Below are positions 12,217 through 24,150 of a stretch of DNA of 64,000 nucleotides, piece after piece. The first letter of the stretch is position 1. Every line of letters begins with the position of its first letter. Source of the stretch: Octopus sinensis (Eukaryota); contig NC_043010.1 of the NCBI RefSeq assembly GCF_006345805.1, positions 15,562,001 through 15,626,000 of the forward strand, written 5' to 3'. The position numbers were made by a program, and so were the translations under genes. Below the pieces are notes generated by a model that did not search any database, was not told the DNA's origin, and saw only the letters and a program-made list of their open reading frames with translations.

Positions 12217-13313
12217 GAAACATTTGGCTGACCTGTTACAGTAACGTCTCCATACATAAAACCAGTAGACACGGCTGGTCTCCTTGGTGGTGGGCACACG
12301 ATGGTTGATAAACGTGATGGTGGGACTGCGGCGACAACGACGACGACAGGGGGCAGATGGGACAGCAGCGACTACAACAACTACGAGTACTACAACGGCA
12401 CCATGGACAGCTACAATAACCGTGGTTATTACACTGATAATAGTTGTAGTAGAGGCTATGGCAGTTAGAGAGCACCTACCACCACTGCTTGTCTCCTTAA
12501 TAAGAATGGTGGTGGTGGGCAGGAGCTGTCTAGGGAACGTAATGGTGTTGTGTGTTGATATTGGATGTTGGTCGGTGGACGGGAAGATATCTGGTGTAAT
12601 ATATAAGAGATTAGTGGACAGATCTAATGAACGTAATTAGTGTAGTTATAGTGCGAAGACGTGATTAACAAGTTAACAAGAGTTAATACTGCTACACATA
12701 CAACAATAACAGCAGCCACAGCAAAATGCTACTGTTACGGTTGTAGTACTTATTATTATTATTATCTTACAGTAAAATGTACCTTCACGCCTGGTAACGG
12801 GTGAGAGAGTAAATGGTATTATTGGTGCGTTTTTTCTTTCTTTTTTTTTTCCAATAGACGGATGGATGGATAATCGTGAAGATGATGATGATGATGATGG
12901 AGTGTGGGGGGTGGGGGGTTAGAGTGAAGACAAGAACAACTACAACAGCAATCGACAATACAACTCGCAAATAAAAAAAAAGAGAGAAAAAAAACCCCCA
13001 CTACAACAACAACTCAGACATGCACTGGTGACCACCACAACAACAACAACAACGGTAACTGACTTCCCGCTGGTATGGTGTTCGTAGTAGTAGTAGCAGC
13101 AGTAGTGGTGGTCTTCGTAATTAAGCTTTCTATTGTAATAAATCCTTGCTTCTGCTTCAACAGTGGTTGTTGTTATGGAAGTGTGTTTATATATATATAA
13201 ATATTATATATGTGTGTATTTATATATCATTAAATATATATATATATATCTTTTTTCCTTGATATTGCAATGCTGGTCTATACATTAATATAATGTATAA
13301 TATATAACATACA

Positions 13314-13344
<31 letters not shown>

Positions 13345-13407
13345 TTTGTAATGGTGTTGATGCATACAATAATAGAATGTATAGTGTGTATATATATATA
13401 TATTATA

Positions 13408-13447
<40 letters not shown>

Positions 13448-14897
13448 ATGTATATATATTATACAAGAAAGAAAAGCAAGCGTATGCTATTTTTTATGTA
13501 ATATTTTTCTCTCCAGGTCTCTGCTATATTCCATTTTATCGCTCCGCCAGGGTAAAAACTGTTGTAACAGTAGTAGTAGTAGTAGTAGAAGTAGTAGTAA
13601 TAATAATATTAGTTGTAGTAGTAGTAGTTGTAGTACAAGCAGCAATGATGGTAATAATGGTACTGCTATAATTCCAGCTGGTCTGGTTTAGTTTTTGGTG
13701 AGGTTTTGGATACAAGTATGTGTATATATGTATATATATATATATATAAATATATATGCGTGTATGAATGTATATATATATGTGTGTGTGTATATTAAAT
13801 ATATATATGTATATATGGGTTTTTTTTGTAAAAAAAAAATACTGTGTTGTGTTGCTTTGCCTTGACTCCTCGGCTAGGCGCTTGCTTGACTGAATGTAAA
13901 AGAGTCGGCAGTGTCTATACTACTGCTGCTGCTGCTGTTACTACTACTACTTCTAATAATCGTTATAATGGTGGTAGCAAGCAGGGAGGAGGAATAGTAA
14001 GAGCAGAGCAAGTGAGACGTGGTTGTTGTTGTTGATACTACTGCTGCTCGGCTGTTGTTGTTTGTGAAATGTTAATGGTGGTGGTGATGATGGTGGTGGT
14101 GGTGCTTGTGGTGGTGGCGACGGTGGATGGCAGACTGTTGGGAGGAACGGGGTGAGTTAGTTTGTGAGACGTGGTCGTTGATTTTGCTATTGGTATTGCT
14201 GTTGCTGCTGCTGCTGGTTGTTTTTGTTGTTGTTGTTGGGGGGTTTTTTTTTTGTTAATGATGGTGGTGATGGCAGCGTAGTTGGCGTCAGTCGGAGGAG
14301 CGGTGAGAGTAGTTTTACTGTGAGACCAAGTTGTTCGTGCTGCTGCTGCTGCTGTTGTTGTTGGTGGTGGCGGTGCTGGTGGCGGCGTGAGCGACGATGG
14401 TGAGGGTGGGGGATGTCAGTGGCGACAGTTAGAGGAAAAGTGAGCGTAGATGAGTGACGATGGAGGTCGAGGAGAGGGGGGTGGGAGTAATAGTCGGCTT
14501 AATGACGGCGACGGCGGTAGCGGAGAGAGAGAGAGTGAGAGACATAGACAGAGAAAGAAAGAGAAAGAGAAAAAGAGAGGGAGAGAAAGAGAGAGGCAAG
14601 GAAATTTAGGGAGAGTTGATGTTTTATTAAAAGAGGTAGTGTTGATGGTGGCAGTGGGAGTAATGATAATAAGAGAGAGAGAGAAGGAGTGGGTATTTGA
14701 GAGAAAGAAGGAGAGAACGTATTAATGGTGGTAGGAGTAGATTGACGGTTGTGATGGTAATGGGGGTGATAGTAACAGTGTGAGCTGTAGTTGTGATAGA
14801 GGCGGAGGCGGCGGTGATGATGGTGGTGGTGGTGGTGGTGGTAGTGGAGGTGGTCAGGGATGACGGTGAAGAGTAAAGCGATGTGGAAGACTGTGAT
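12217..14897 (-). promoter_or_regulatory. Probable 5' UTR/promoter region of Smad6/7, rich in trinucleotide repeats and free of recognisable transposons
   Basis: Directly upstream of the ATG. (GGT)n/(GTT)n/(GCT)n/(GTA)n tracts and locally higher GC at 13850-14900; no SINEs seen, unlike the flanks. The TSS cannot be located. Confidence 0.45.
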
Positions 14898-14997
14898 NNN
14901 NNNNNNNNNNNNNNNNNNNNNNNNNNNNNNNNNNNNNNNNNNNNNNNNNNNNNNNNNNNNNNNNNNNNNNNNNNNNNNNNNNNNNNNNNNNNNNNNN
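14898..14997. other. Assembly gap (100 N)
   Basis: Run of N; true size unknown. Confidence 0.99.
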
Positions 14998-15821
14998 CAT
15001 ATGCAAAAGGTGTCTGCCAGATGGATTCCCAGGATGCTCACACCTTTCCAGAAGCAAGAACGCGTCGAGTGCTCGAGGATGAATTTTGGAGATGTGCCAA
15101 GAAGAAGAGGGCAAAATTTTCAAAAGAGACACAGTTGATTAGGACAGGAAACTGGGTTCCATCACTATGATTCAGAGACCAAAGCCCAGTCAATGCAGAA
15201 GCAAGACCGTACTCACACCTCCTCCAAAGAAGGCAAGGGTGCAGCCCTCCGCTGGCAAGGGTGCAGCCCTCCGCTGGCAAGGTCATGCTCACAGTCTTCT
15301 GGGACCAGGACGGAGTACTGATGACAGATTTCCTGGCAAAGGGTGCCACAATTACAGGAGCCTATTAAGTTTCACTTTTGAGGAAATTAAGAGAAGCTAT
15401 CAAAATCAAGAGGCAGGGCAAGATCAGCAAAGGCATCCTCCTCCTGCAGGACAACGCTCCGGTCCACAACTCGCGTGTCGCCACATCAGAAGCACAGGCG
15501 TGCGGCTATGAACTCCTCCCCCATCCCCCTACTCACCTGACCTTGCACCCTCTGATTTTCACCTCTTCCCAGCCATGAAGTTGTTTTTGAAAGGAAAGCA
15601 TTTCACAGATGATGCAGTCTTGATTTCTAAAGTCACGTCGTGGTTGGAGGACCAAGCTGGGGTCTTCTACAAAAACGGTCTCCAGCGCTGCATCAAACGA
15701 TGGGAGAAATGCGTAACCCTGGATGGTTCCTATGTAGAAAAAGACTAATAACTGTGCCAAGTTTCGTTGCTCTACTGCTATGGGAAGTGGGTTAGGGGCA
15801 TTACTTATTGAACGCCCCTCG
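14998..15821 (+). mobile_element. Decayed mariner (DD34D) transposon, 3' half with right TIR
   Basis: Frameshifted transposase with SARWIPRML (WVPHEL motif), KVMLTVFWDQDGV, LLLQDNAPVH, HPP.SPDLAPSDFHLF and RWEKCVTLDGSYVEKD* (stop 15746-15748). Ends ...ttattgaacgcccctcg then TA. Contains a 22-bp internal tandem duplication near 15235-15278. The left part is lost in the gap. Confidence 0.93.
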
Positions 15822-15850
15822 TATATATATGCACACACACTTCACACGTG

Positions 15851-15894
<44 letters not shown>

Positions 15895-15933
15895 TGTAAA
15901 TATAATATGTGACAATTATTTTTTTCGATGGCC

Positions 15934-15992
15934 GATAACTGAAGAGGTGGCGGTGTGGATTCCCCCCGACATCCGAAATTCGGAGTTTTATC
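15934..15992 (+). ncRNA. Candidate type I hammerhead ribozyme, canonical core
   Basis: gataa CTGAAGA GGTGGCGG..CCGACATCC GAAA TT-cgg-AGT T ttatc: perfect 5-bp stem I, long imperfect stem II, weak stem III, GUU triplet. Confidence 0.55.
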
Positions 15993-16092
15993 ATGCCTAC
16001 CGAATATTGTCACTTATTATATTTACAGATAAATTCCCTATTTAGATAATATCGAGGTCTCTTTATTTCTTTTGTCGTCTTACCATTTCTGT

Positions 16093-16148
<56 letters not shown>

Positions 16149-16299
16149 ATATATATATATATTATAAATAAAGTTGCAGTTGGTGATGTATTTGCAGCTT
16201 AATTAATAAAGCATATTACTCTAGCCTCCGGTATTCGAGTACTATTTTTCTCCTCCATCTTGATTCGCATTTATAGGTTTACTCTGGTATATATATATA

Positions 16300-16510
16300 T
16301 AGCGAATCCAAACAAGAACAAGCAAGAAAAAACAACAAAGCGAGGACGTGGAACAAGTACAGTGTTATTGGACGCTCAGGAAAGGAAAGAAAAGAGAGGA
16401 TTTGACGTTTCGAGCGGAGCTCTTCATCAGAAAAATAGAAAAAGTCCAAAGGAGGGAAGACGGAGAAAAAAAAATCACCAACGATACACATGCGGTCACA
16501 TACTGAAATG
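16300..16510 (-). mobile_element. Penelope-like element end (family A) with minimal hammerhead motif at 16404-16430
   Basis: Minus strand CTGATGA-A-GAGC-tcc-GCTC-GAAAC-GTC; homologous copies at 4990-5180(+), 39250-39450(-) and 63360-63455(-, partial). The PLE assignment rests on the known PLE-hammerhead association, not on coding sequence. Confidence 0.6.
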
Positions 16511-16659
16511 ACCATATACATCTATGTATGTATGCATGTAAGTGTATGTATGTATGTATGTATGTATGTATGTATGTATGTATGTATGTATGTATGTATA
16601 TATGTCTGTATGTATGTATGTATTTATGTATATGTATGTATTTATGTGTAAAAATAGTC

Positions 16660-17155
16660 GGGTCGTCGGCGACTAAACCGGCAACCCCACCAAGCTTGCT
16701 TGGTGAGGAGGGTGTTTATTGGACACCCTGCGGGATGAAAAACAAAACCTGTCAAAGGGCGGAGGAACTCTTGAGAGTCAACGGCCATCCAATAAATGTC
16801 TTAAGGCTGTATCATGCGTGGGGACATAGAAATAATTGGACTGAATACCCGATCGCGCGGTTAAACCATTGGGAGTGAGGGACTCGTAGCCTTTGTTAGT
16901 GGATCCTTCTAGGAGAAGGTAACTCAGGTAACTGGGATAACTCCGCTACAAATCTGCGGCTCAGTGGTTACCGATGATGTTCACTTGTTCTTCTTTTCGG
17001 ATTATGGCTGCTGTTGCTTAGTGAGTGGGATTGACTCAGTGCACAGTCTTTCCTCACTTTAAAAAAAATCTTCTTGCACAGGCATTGCACGATAACAACA
17101 TTGATTAAGCTTCGTGCAATGGCCATACTCGATAACGAAGGGGCAGCCACCACCA
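16660..17155 (+). mobile_element. Dispersed ~490-bp repeat, probably an RTE-type LINE 5' region
   Basis: Closely similar reverse-complement copy at 61135-61598; the family assignment is an inference. Confidence 0.7.
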
Positions 17156-17534
17156 TTTATGTATATATATGTGTATATATGTATTTATGTGTATATACAT
17201 AGATACATATGGATGTATATATGTATATGTATTTGTGTAAAAGGCTCAGCTGCTGGTTAATAGTTCCGCAGAATGGTTTCACCCTTGTATCGCTTCACCA
17301 ATTTTTCGGCGATGCTTAATCTGAGGCCCCTAAAAAAGGGAATAAAAACGTCATAACATGCAAGAGGAGAGAGAGATTAGTTTCTGTTTTATCGCTCATT
17401 ATTTGTTTAGGGGTCACTTTATGATAATAAGGATTTCTCACTAAAACAATAAAACTGCATCGTCTTAAACCGTTATTAAACAATCTGATTTTCTGCAAAA
17501 TGGAGCAAATGAGATCACAAGCGTTGTTAACATC

Positions 17535-17552
17535 TGCCTTCTTTCCTTTCCT

Positions 17553-17588
<36 letters not shown>

Positions 17589-18243
17589 TCCTTCCTTTCT
17601 TCCTTCTCTCTTCCTTTCTCTCTTCCTTCCTTCATCCCTCCCTCCTTCATTACCTCCTTTTCTTCCTTCCTTTCTTCTTTCCTCCCTCTCTTCCTTCCTT
17701 CCTTCCCCAGTCTTTCTCTCCTTCCTTCCGTCCTTCCTTCCTTCCTTTCTCTCTTCCTCCCTCTCTCCTCTTCCTCCCTGTCTTCTTTCTCACCCTTCCT
17801 TCCTCCCAGCTTCCTCCACCCTCCTTTCTTGTTCCATTCTTTCTTCTTTCCTCCCTCGTCCTCCTCCCTCCCCCCTTCCTTCCTTTCTTCCTTCCTTCCT
17901 TCTTTCTTTCCTTCCTTCCTTCCTTTCTTCTTTCCTTCCTTCCTTCCTTTCTTCTTTCCTTCCTTATCTCTTCCTCCTTCTTTCCTTCCTCCTCCTCCCT
18001 TCCTCCCTCCCTCTCTCCCTCCATGCCTTCCTTCCTTCCTTGTCTTCCCTTCCTTCCTTTTCTTATTCTTTCCTCCTTCCTTCCTTTTTCCTTCTTCCTT
18101 CCTTCATTTCTTCTTCCTTCCTTCCTTCCTTCCTTCTTCCTTCCTTCTGTCCTTCTTCCTTCCTTCCTTCCCTTCCTCCTCCTTCCTTCCTCCTTCCTTC
18201 CTTCCTTCCTTCCTTCCTTCTTCCTTCCTTCCTTCCTTCCCTC
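17535..18243. repeat. ~700-bp polypyrimidine (CCTT/CTTT)n tract
   Basis: Almost exclusively C/T on the plus strand. Confidence 0.97.
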
Positions 18244-18855
18244 TAGCCAGCTGTCTCTGAGGTCCTGAAAAAAAAAACTAAATAAAGAACCATGAGCGCT
18301 GCCGTTCCCACGCTGACTAAACGGTAGAAAGGAAAAAGTGTTCCCGAGTTCAATTCCACTATAAGTGTCTTGGCTGTATTTTTCTTATTTTTTTGTTGTC
18401 ATTTTTTTGTTTTTGTTGTCTCTTTTTATATCTAAGGGACTTTATTCTCCTCTCTTTCAGTTCACCAACTGATGGTCGTGGTTAGAGGAGAAGCAGAACA
18501 TTTGTGGAAGGAAGGGTGAATATATATATATGTGTGTGTCGTTGGGAGAAGGGGTGCAATAAGGGAACACTTACGAGTGGAGGGAGCAGGGTTTTTCGTA
18601 AATGCTGGTCTGTCAAGTAACAACGTACGTGTCTTATTATTATTATCATCATCATTCATCAGCAGCAGCAGCAGCAGCAGCATTATAACTGCCATCACCA
18701 CCATTATCATAATCATCATCACCACCGCTACCACCGCCACTACTACCACCACCACCACCACCACCACAATCGTCATCGTTGCAACCAGTAGCAGCAGCAG
18801 CAGCAACATCACCTCCACCTCCACTATCATCATTATCACCACCACCACCGACATC

Positions 18856-18887
<32 letters not shown>

Positions 18888-19503
18888 CATCATGAGGGTG
18901 GGATAAATACGTTTTACATAAAGACAAGGGAAGGGGATGAGAGCCATTAAATTTATGTAAAAAAATATACAAATAATTACACGATACAGAAAAGAGTAAT
19001 TTGAAAAGAATTACAACAGTATCAACAGATAAAGGAAAGTCGATTACAAACGGGGAAGGAGCTGCCATCTGGATTTGATCAAGATAATTCATAAACTTGA
19101 CCACTTTCCATTTCCATGTATTTTGTGTTCAGGTACAGAAACTGGTCGATCCCGAAAGAAGCCGTGAGCAACGCGGATCAAAACGAGACCATGTCCGCCT
19201 GGCCGTTAATGTTCAACAGTTCATAACTTTCAAAGGTGGGTTTTACCAACAGTCTAACTCCTGCATGCTGCTCATGACCAGAGACCTTCTCTCCACAGAT
19301 ATCTGCACTTAATCTAGTAAATTTCCTTGTAAATCGTTTAACAGTTGCTGTCTTTGGAAGCAATGTGAACTTCAGAGGCTTCTAGGATAAGATGTACTCC
19401 ACTTCGTACATTCACTTTGCCTTTATTTGAGATGTGCATTCTTTTTTTAGGTTCTTATCTCTTTTCCTATTTTACTTTTCCCACCGTATTCAATAATCTG
19501 TCA

Positions 19504-19920
19504 GGCGCAGGAGTGGCTGTGTGGTAAGTAGCTTGTTTACCAACCACGTGGTTCCGGGTTCAGTCCCACTGCGTGGCACCTTGGGCAAGTGTCTTCTGCT
19601 ATAGCCCCGGGCCGACCAAAGCCTTGTGAGTGGATTTGGTAGACGGAAACTGAAAGAAGCCTGTCGTATATATGTATATATCTATATATATATATGTATG
19701 TGTGTGTGTGTTTGTGTGTCTGTGTTTGTCCCCCTAGCATTGCTTGACAACCGATGCTGGTGTGTTTACGTCCCCGTAACTTAGCGGTTCGGCCAAAGAG
19801 ACCGATAGAATAAGTACTGGGCTTACAATGAATAAGTCCCGGGGTCGATTTGCTCGACTAAAGGCGGTGCTCCAGCATGGCCGCAGTCAAATGACTGAAA
19901 CAAGTAAAAGAGTAAGAGTA
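19504..19920 (+). mobile_element. tRNA-derived SINE family 1, full-length copy
   Basis: A box TGGCTGTGTGG, B box GGTTCAGTCCC, central (TA/TG)n, tail ..gccgcagtcaaatgactgaaacaagtaaaagag. Other copies or fragments at ~590-1430, 4778-5390(-), 27785-28730(-), 33785-34170, 34420-34930, 36015-36195(-), 38430-38630(-), 48630-48950(-) and 62585-62995(-). Confidence 0.9.
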
Positions 19921-20387
19921 CACTCAATGTCTTCCTTTTCGTCGTCGCATGACAACGGGTAGTACTGCTGGTTATAGCCAAGACCAAAGGCCTCTTTAGC
20001 TTTCGGTACTGAGGAGGAGGAGAACTCTTAAGCTATTTTCGGAATCACGATCGATGTTTGTTTGCTAGCAGAAGTTATTGTTTTGTTGCGACTGTCTTTG
20101 TTGTTCGCTTATTCTCTGTTTCTCTTTCAAATGGCCCCCTACTTCAATACATGTAACATCATAGTTTCGGAATGGCTCTATCTTCTTCGCTGGAAGTCAC
20201 TGAAACGTGCCTGCAACATGAGCACCACTCTCGGCCATATTGGTCTTTACTAACCTCGTTGCATATCACCTGTACACAACGTACCACAATGGCAACGAAA
20301 AGCCAAATGTTAACGAATGTCATCGCTGATATTCTTTACAGCGATTCTCGTGTTGCACCACCCTGTGTTGTAGCACTAGTCTATAGA

Positions 20388-20693
20388 GTGGAGGCACATG
20401 GCCTAGTGGTTAGAGCAGCGGACGCGCGGTCGAGGGATTGCGGGTTCGAATCTCAGACCGGGCGTTGTGTGTGTTTATGAGGGAAACACCTTAGCTCCAC
20501 GTGACTCCGGCAGAAGGTAATGGCGAAACTTCTGCTGACTCTTTCGCCACAACTTTCTTTCACTCTTTCTTTCCTCCTGCATCTTGCAGCTCACCTGCAA
20601 CGGACCGGCGTCCCGTCCAGGTGTGGAACCTATACGCCAAGGAAACCGGGAAACCGGCCCTTAAGAGCCAGGCGTGGCTCGAGAAGGAACAAA
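20388..20693 (+). mobile_element. tRNA-derived SINE family 3
   Basis: A box TGGCCTAGTGG and B box GGTTCGAATCT; copies at 41314-41617(+), 53096-53401(-) and 54722-55011(-), and a related one at 49993-50240. Confidence 0.88.
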
Positions 20694-21022
20694 CTAGTCT
20701 ATAGACACTAATTCGGACTTCCCTTTCGTCCTATTGCTAATCGTGAAAATCAGGCGTATGGTCCCATAAGTCCCAGCTTAACCAGTGGAGAAAATATTGT
20801 TCCACACATCAGTTAGTACTGCATCCAGTTGATGCTATGAAAGTATAAATAAACCAGAAGGTTTAGAGATGCAAGGTTACATGAACTTCCTTTTAGTTCA
20901 CTCTTAAAGACCTCAAGTACTGCAGTTCACTGCTGTATTACTCGTACAGGAATTGCTATTAGTAAACTTTACCCCTGCTCCATCACATTAGTTTCTAAAC
21001 TGAAACAGGATTTTGGCTTTTC

Positions 21023-21440
21023 GGATTTTTTCGGTTTGAACGGCAGTTTTTAACATAATTTCTAGGTAACTAAAAAATTTTAAACTTCGTATACTGGTAG
21101 AATGTGTTTATAAAACATCTTTTTCTCTTGGCTTTATTGAGAAAAGTCTATGGTTTGTAAGATATTTGTTGTTTTTTTTTCTTCAATTTCTGCTATTTCA
21201 ACCAATCGATGACATCCATTGAGTTAAAAAACATTCTGTGCCGTATGAATATGTCCTTCGTTTAAGAAACAGATTGGGTTTATTTACATATGTGAAGAAA
21301 AAAAGATACCCTTCCCCCCACCCCTAACCCTAACCCTAAAACAGATTGAAATGCAATAGATCGATACTAGGGTCATAATTATGGGTGGCAATTTCATATG
21401 ACACCGCTAGAAAAAACTGCCGTTCAAACCGAAAAGATCC
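21023..21440 (+). mobile_element. GG-terminated MITE (Merlin-like), copy 2
   Basis: Same ~29-bp TIRs; flanks ggcttttc/gacttttc (7/8 TSD); internal (CCCTAA)3. Confidence 0.9.
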
Positions 21441-22274
21441 GACTTTTCTAACGTTTGACATGAGCTTGGTTAGAATTGAGATTATAAACTAAAGTGCCAA
21501 TCGTGAAAACCAGGCATACATATTCATAAGCCCTACCCTGACCAATGGAGAAAATATCGTGCCACACATCGGTCAGTATTTCATCCAATGGATGCTATGA
21601 ACGTATAAATAAACCCACCGTGGTTTTAGAGAGGCAAAGTTATATGAAACTTCATTTTGTTCACTCGCAGAAACCACAGACAAGGAGGCGTTTTCATCAA
21701 CGACATCTCTGCCACCTAGATTTTTTTTACTCTGCAAAATCACACATATTCAAAGCCTTTCTGACGCTAGTGATGCTGGCAAATGAATAGCTTACAGTCT
21801 CGGCAGTGTTGTTCAGAAAATCACATTCGATAATAAAGGCAAATTTGTTTTTTTGTTTTTTTCGTTTTAGAAAAATGTGTATATTTGTGTTGTAGCTTCT
21901 GTTGTTGATGTTACTTGATGTTGCTTTGGTTGTTGTAATTGTACCAAATTGACGTTTTTTAACTGCTGAAATATCTTTTTTTCCATGCAAAACGCGCGAA
22001 TCTGCTATAAAATAAAATTAGTGTTTTAATATTCTCTGTTATTTGTTCTTCGTAATTATGTTCAATGTTCACTTCGAGGGTGCATTTCTCAGACGAGGAG
22101 CCGTTTTCTGATGGATGTAAACAAAAATAATTCTAGGTCCAAAAATGACAGATTTTGTGTCTCCTTCTTTATAGGATAAACGTCCAACGCATTCCAAGAG
22201 GATCTCTGTTGAAAATTATCCAAAAAGGAATATTTTTCTTCCAGCTGTACTCAGTAAAAAAAAAAAAATCCAAA

Positions 22275-22286
22275 ATAATAGTAATG

Positions 22287-22341
<55 letters not shown>

Positions 22342-22464
22342 TAATAATAATAATGAGAGATATAATAATATTTTGTTACATTGGCACAGGGCCACACAAA
22401 CTTATACTATTATTAATAAGTTGTAAAAGGAAAGTCAGCCACAAACAATAACAATAACAATAAC

Positions 22465-22496
<32 letters not shown>

Positions 22497-22625
22497 GAGG
22501 AGGAGGAGGAGGAGGTGTATGACAGTGGTAGCGGTGGTGGTGGTGGCCGTGGTGGTGGTGGTTGTTGTGCTGGTGGTGGTGGTGGTGGTGGTGATGGTGA
22601 TGGTCGTGACGATGATGACGATGAC

Positions 22626-22658
<33 letters not shown>

Positions 22659-22689
22659 AACAACAGCAACAATAAACAACAACGACAGT

Positions 22690-22729
<40 letters not shown>

Positions 22730-22775
22730 TCAGCAACAACAACAACAACAACAACAAAAGCAATAAAAACAAACA
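22275..22775. repeat. Compound trinucleotide microsatellites (AAT, GAT, GGA, GGT, AAC)
   Basis: Direct reading. Confidence 0.95.
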
Positions 22776-23069
22776 ATCGAATCGATTTAGTATTGGCTAC
22801 CGAGGAAATTAGACAGGAAGCAAAAAACTATAATTTATTGATGTTTTTAGACGTACGTATGGCGTCATCGCGAGATTTTCGTTTCTGCTGGAATTTTAGA
22901 GATGATTACAAGTTGGTTTGACAATACAATTCTGGAAAGATGCAACAAAACTACCAGATAAATGAACACTGACATCTATATATGATGGACGCTTTTAAAT
23001 ATATATTAAAATATACATAGATTGAACGCATACATACGGAAAGAGGAACTCATACAGTCTCACTAAAAC

Positions 23070-23072
23070 AGA

Positions 23073-23113
<41 letters not shown>

Positions 23114-24150
23114 ATATGTAAATTTATGTGCACGTACAGTCTTCCATATGTGTATGTGTACGCGTGCGAATGTGTGTGTGTGTGCGTGCGAGTGTGTGTG
23201 TTGGTGAGTGTGTGCGCATGAGTTGAAAACACAAATGTTTGTACTAGTATGCATATATATATATATATATATATATATAATGTATGCACATATATATGTG
23301 TGTATGTGTGTGTATGTGTGTGTATGTTTGTGTATATACATATATACATACATTAAGTGTGTGTATCTAGTAATATATGTGAAATATTTGTATATACGTA
23401 TGTATTATAAATATATATATAATACACACACACGCACACACACACATATATATATATGCATAGACATATATGTATATATATGTATACATACGTGTATATA
23501 TATATTTGTGTATTTGCGTATATATATATATATATATGCATGTATATATATATATATACATATATATAATGTATACATTTATATCTATACATATACATAC
23601 ACAAATACATAAACACACACCACACACACACACACACAGACACATATGTAAATTTATGTGCACGTACAGTCTTCCATATGTGTATGTGTACGCGTGCGAA
23701 TGTGTGTGTGTGTGCGTGCGAGTGTGTGTGTTGGTGAGTGTGTGCGCATGAGTTGAAAACACAAATGTTTGTACTAGTATGCATATATATATATATATAT
23801 ATATATAATGTATGCACATATATATGTGTGTATGTGTGTGTATGTTTGTGTATATACATATATACATACATTAAATGTGTGTATCTAGTAATATATGTGA
23901 AATATTTCTATATACGTATGTATTATAAATATATATATAATACACACACACGCACACACACACATATATATATATATATGCATAGACATATATGTATATA
24001 TATGTATACATACGTGTATATATATATTTGTGTATTTGCGTATATATATATATATATATGCATGTATATATATATATATATACATATATATAATGTATAC
24101 ATTTATATCTATACATATACATACACAAATACATAAACACACACACACAC
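23070..24150. repeat. ~530-bp tandem duplication of microsatellite-rich DNA
   Basis: cagacacatatgtaaatttatgtgcacgtacagtc at ~23107 and ~23637. Confidence 0.9.

Noticed and set aside
11124-12244. Overlapping plus-strand Met/Val/Pro-rich ORFs
   Set aside because: Antisense shadows of the repeat-rich Smad exon.
12217-12297. N-terminal extension MPTTKETSRVYW.. of the Smad ORF
   Set aside because: It starts at GTG; the conserved I-Smad start is the ATG at 12216.
12217-14897. Exact GGCGCC-N5-GTCT or GTCTAGAC feedback element near the Smad start
   Set aside because: Searched by eye; only partial matches such as GGCGCT-N5-GACT near 13877 were found.
17500-18268. 248-aa LPSF-rich ORF
   Set aside because: Translation of the (CCTT)n tract.
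20390-20462. tRNA genes at SINE heads (also 41316, 41708, 19504)
   Set aside because: A and B boxes are present but run into SINE bodies found in multiple copies, with no convincing cloverleaf.
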